A DNA stretch of 64,000 nt from Rhodothermales bacterium (lineage in GTDB: Bacteria > Bacteroidota > Rhodothermia > Rhodothermales > VXPQ01): positions 748,497 to 812,496 of the forward strand of contig OX638295.1 in the NCBI GenBank assembly GCA_951812345.1. The letters are read 5' to 3'. The notes under the pieces are model-generated. The model did not search any database. It had not been told where the DNA came from and saw only the letters and a program-made list of their open reading frames with translations. The translations under genes were made by a program, and so were the position numbers. Shown here piece after piece: positions 62,806-64,000 of this stretch (positions are counted from its first letter, which is position 1; every line of letters starts with the position of its first letter).

Positions 62806-63348
62806 ATGAAGTCCTCCCGATTCCTGTGCCTGTTCTCCCTGCTGGCGCTCCTGCTCGCCGCATGCGGCGGCGATGCTGCCTCTGACGGCGCCGATGTCGC
62901 TGCCTCCGATGGCGGCGACGCCGCTGCCGAAAGCGATATGGCCTCTGCCGACAGCGGCATGGATGTCGCTGAAGTCGTTCTCCGCCCTGCCGGCGATACG
63001 ATAGCGTTTGACGAGAGCTCGACCTCGTTTACCGTCCAGGCCGGACAGACGGTCAACCTGACCCTGGAGAATGTGGCGACCCTCGATATTATGTTGCACA
63101 ACGTGGTCATACTTTCTTCGAATGAAGACGATGTGGCCAACCGCGTAGGGATGGCGGGCATCGCTGCCGGCGATGCGAGTGGATTCGTTCCGGAGGATCC
63201 GGCGATTCTGGCGGCCACGGCGCTCGCACTGCCCGGCGAGACCGTGCAGGTTACGTTCGAGGCTCCCTCGGAACCGGGGACCTATCGTTATATCTGCACC
63301 TATATCGGTCACCACACCCTGATGCAGGGTACGATGATCGTAACCTGA
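62806..63348 (+). CDS. azurin/auracyanin-like blue copper lipoprotein
   Basis: Lipobox LAAC, acidic Ala/Asp/Ser linker, type 1 Cu ligands in HNVV and CTYIGHHTLM. Confidence 0.9.
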   Translation: MKSSRFLCLFSLLALLLAACGGDAASDGADVAASDGGDAAAESDMASADSGMDVAEVVLRPAGDTIAFDESSTSFTVQAGQTVNLTLENVATLDIMLHNVVILSSNEDDVANRVGMAGIAAGDASGFVPEDPAILAATALALPGETVQVTFEAPSEPGTYRYICTYIGHHTLMQGTMIVT

Positions 63349-63687
63349 TCGGGCTGATCGTACCGTTCTTTCGGGAGCGGGAATGCAGAGACAGGGTGCT
63401 GCCCTGTGCCTGAAATGCTGTGCGGGAGATGCCTTGCACCCGGGGCCGCGCTGTACCGTTGCGTGTCCATGGCGCCGGTGCTGATTTGCCGTGCGTGTTC
63501 GGCGACGATGGATATTCCGGTCGAGTGAAATAGGGAATGATGGATTATTCTGATTTTTGGCACGGATATTGTCTAAGAATCGTGGTACAGTAAACAAGGC
63601 CGTTCGGTATATTCCGATGCACGGGTTGTATCGGAAAAGAGATGTACGGAATAAACGGTTCATGGACATCGCCACGGAGGTAACGAC

Positions 63688-64000
63688 ATGAAAACCTACG
63701 GAAGCATTCCCCTTTTCTTCGTGCTCGCTGCGCTGGTTTCCGGCTGCGTCAGCATAAATCATACGATGCTCGACACAGGACCGGGGTACGCTCCGGTGCC
63801 GGGCCCTGAGGTGTATGTGTTCTTCGAGCGGGACGAACTGCCGGAGCACACGCGTGTTGCGCTGCTCTATGGCAAGACCTTCGAAAACATCACCACGGAG
63901 AGCAGGTTGATCGAAAAGCTGCGTGAGGCGGCGGGCGCTCTCGGAGCGAACGGCGTGGTGTTGCTCGGCCAGACGGATCTGGGCGGGGAGATCAGAATAT
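63688..64000 (+). CDS. hypothetical lipoprotein (partial, runs off the window)
   Basis: MKTYGSIPLFFVLAALVSGC...LIEKLREAAGALGANGVV (YbjQ-like helix motif); open to the window end. Confidence 0.7.
   Translation, partial: MKTYGSIPLFFVLAALVSGCVSINHTMLDTGPGYAPVPGPEVYVFFERDELPEHTRVALLYGKTFENITTESRLIEKLREAAGALGANGVVLLGQTDLGGEIRI

Overview
GC-rich bacterial chromosome segment, most consistent with a Rhodothermota/Bacteroidota-related organism (T9SS C-terminal sorting domains, a PorV/PorQ-like barrel, SecA lacking the Cys zinc motif). The secreted LRR protein and the accessory gene mix hint at a marine host-associated lifestyle such as a sponge symbiont, but that is inference. 1-13 kb is housekeeping: rplY end, pth, Na+-type pyrophosphatase, E2, a tyrosine recombinase missing both catalytic arginines, PorV-like protein, secA, recN, PGM/PMM. 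13-23 kb holds redox and sugar genes plus an inserted NotI-family endonuclease / Dam-class methylase pair. 24-37.5 kb is a minus-strand cluster matching the D-apiose transketolase pathway (ApsI-, AplK- and AptAB-like, ABC transporter, DUF2291), with unexplained members: a DUF1593 lipoprotein and a remnant of a second copy, two SRPBCC paralogs and an outer-membrane protein. Next come divergent sulfatases around a perfect 31-bp palindrome, GH16, SulP/carbonic anhydrase/antiporter genes, tRNA-Asn and tRNA-Leu, an IS5 remnant, a secreted LRR + 6x282-bp repeat protein, and peptidase, oxidase and cupredoxin genes. All family assignments are by motif recognition; no database searches were run.
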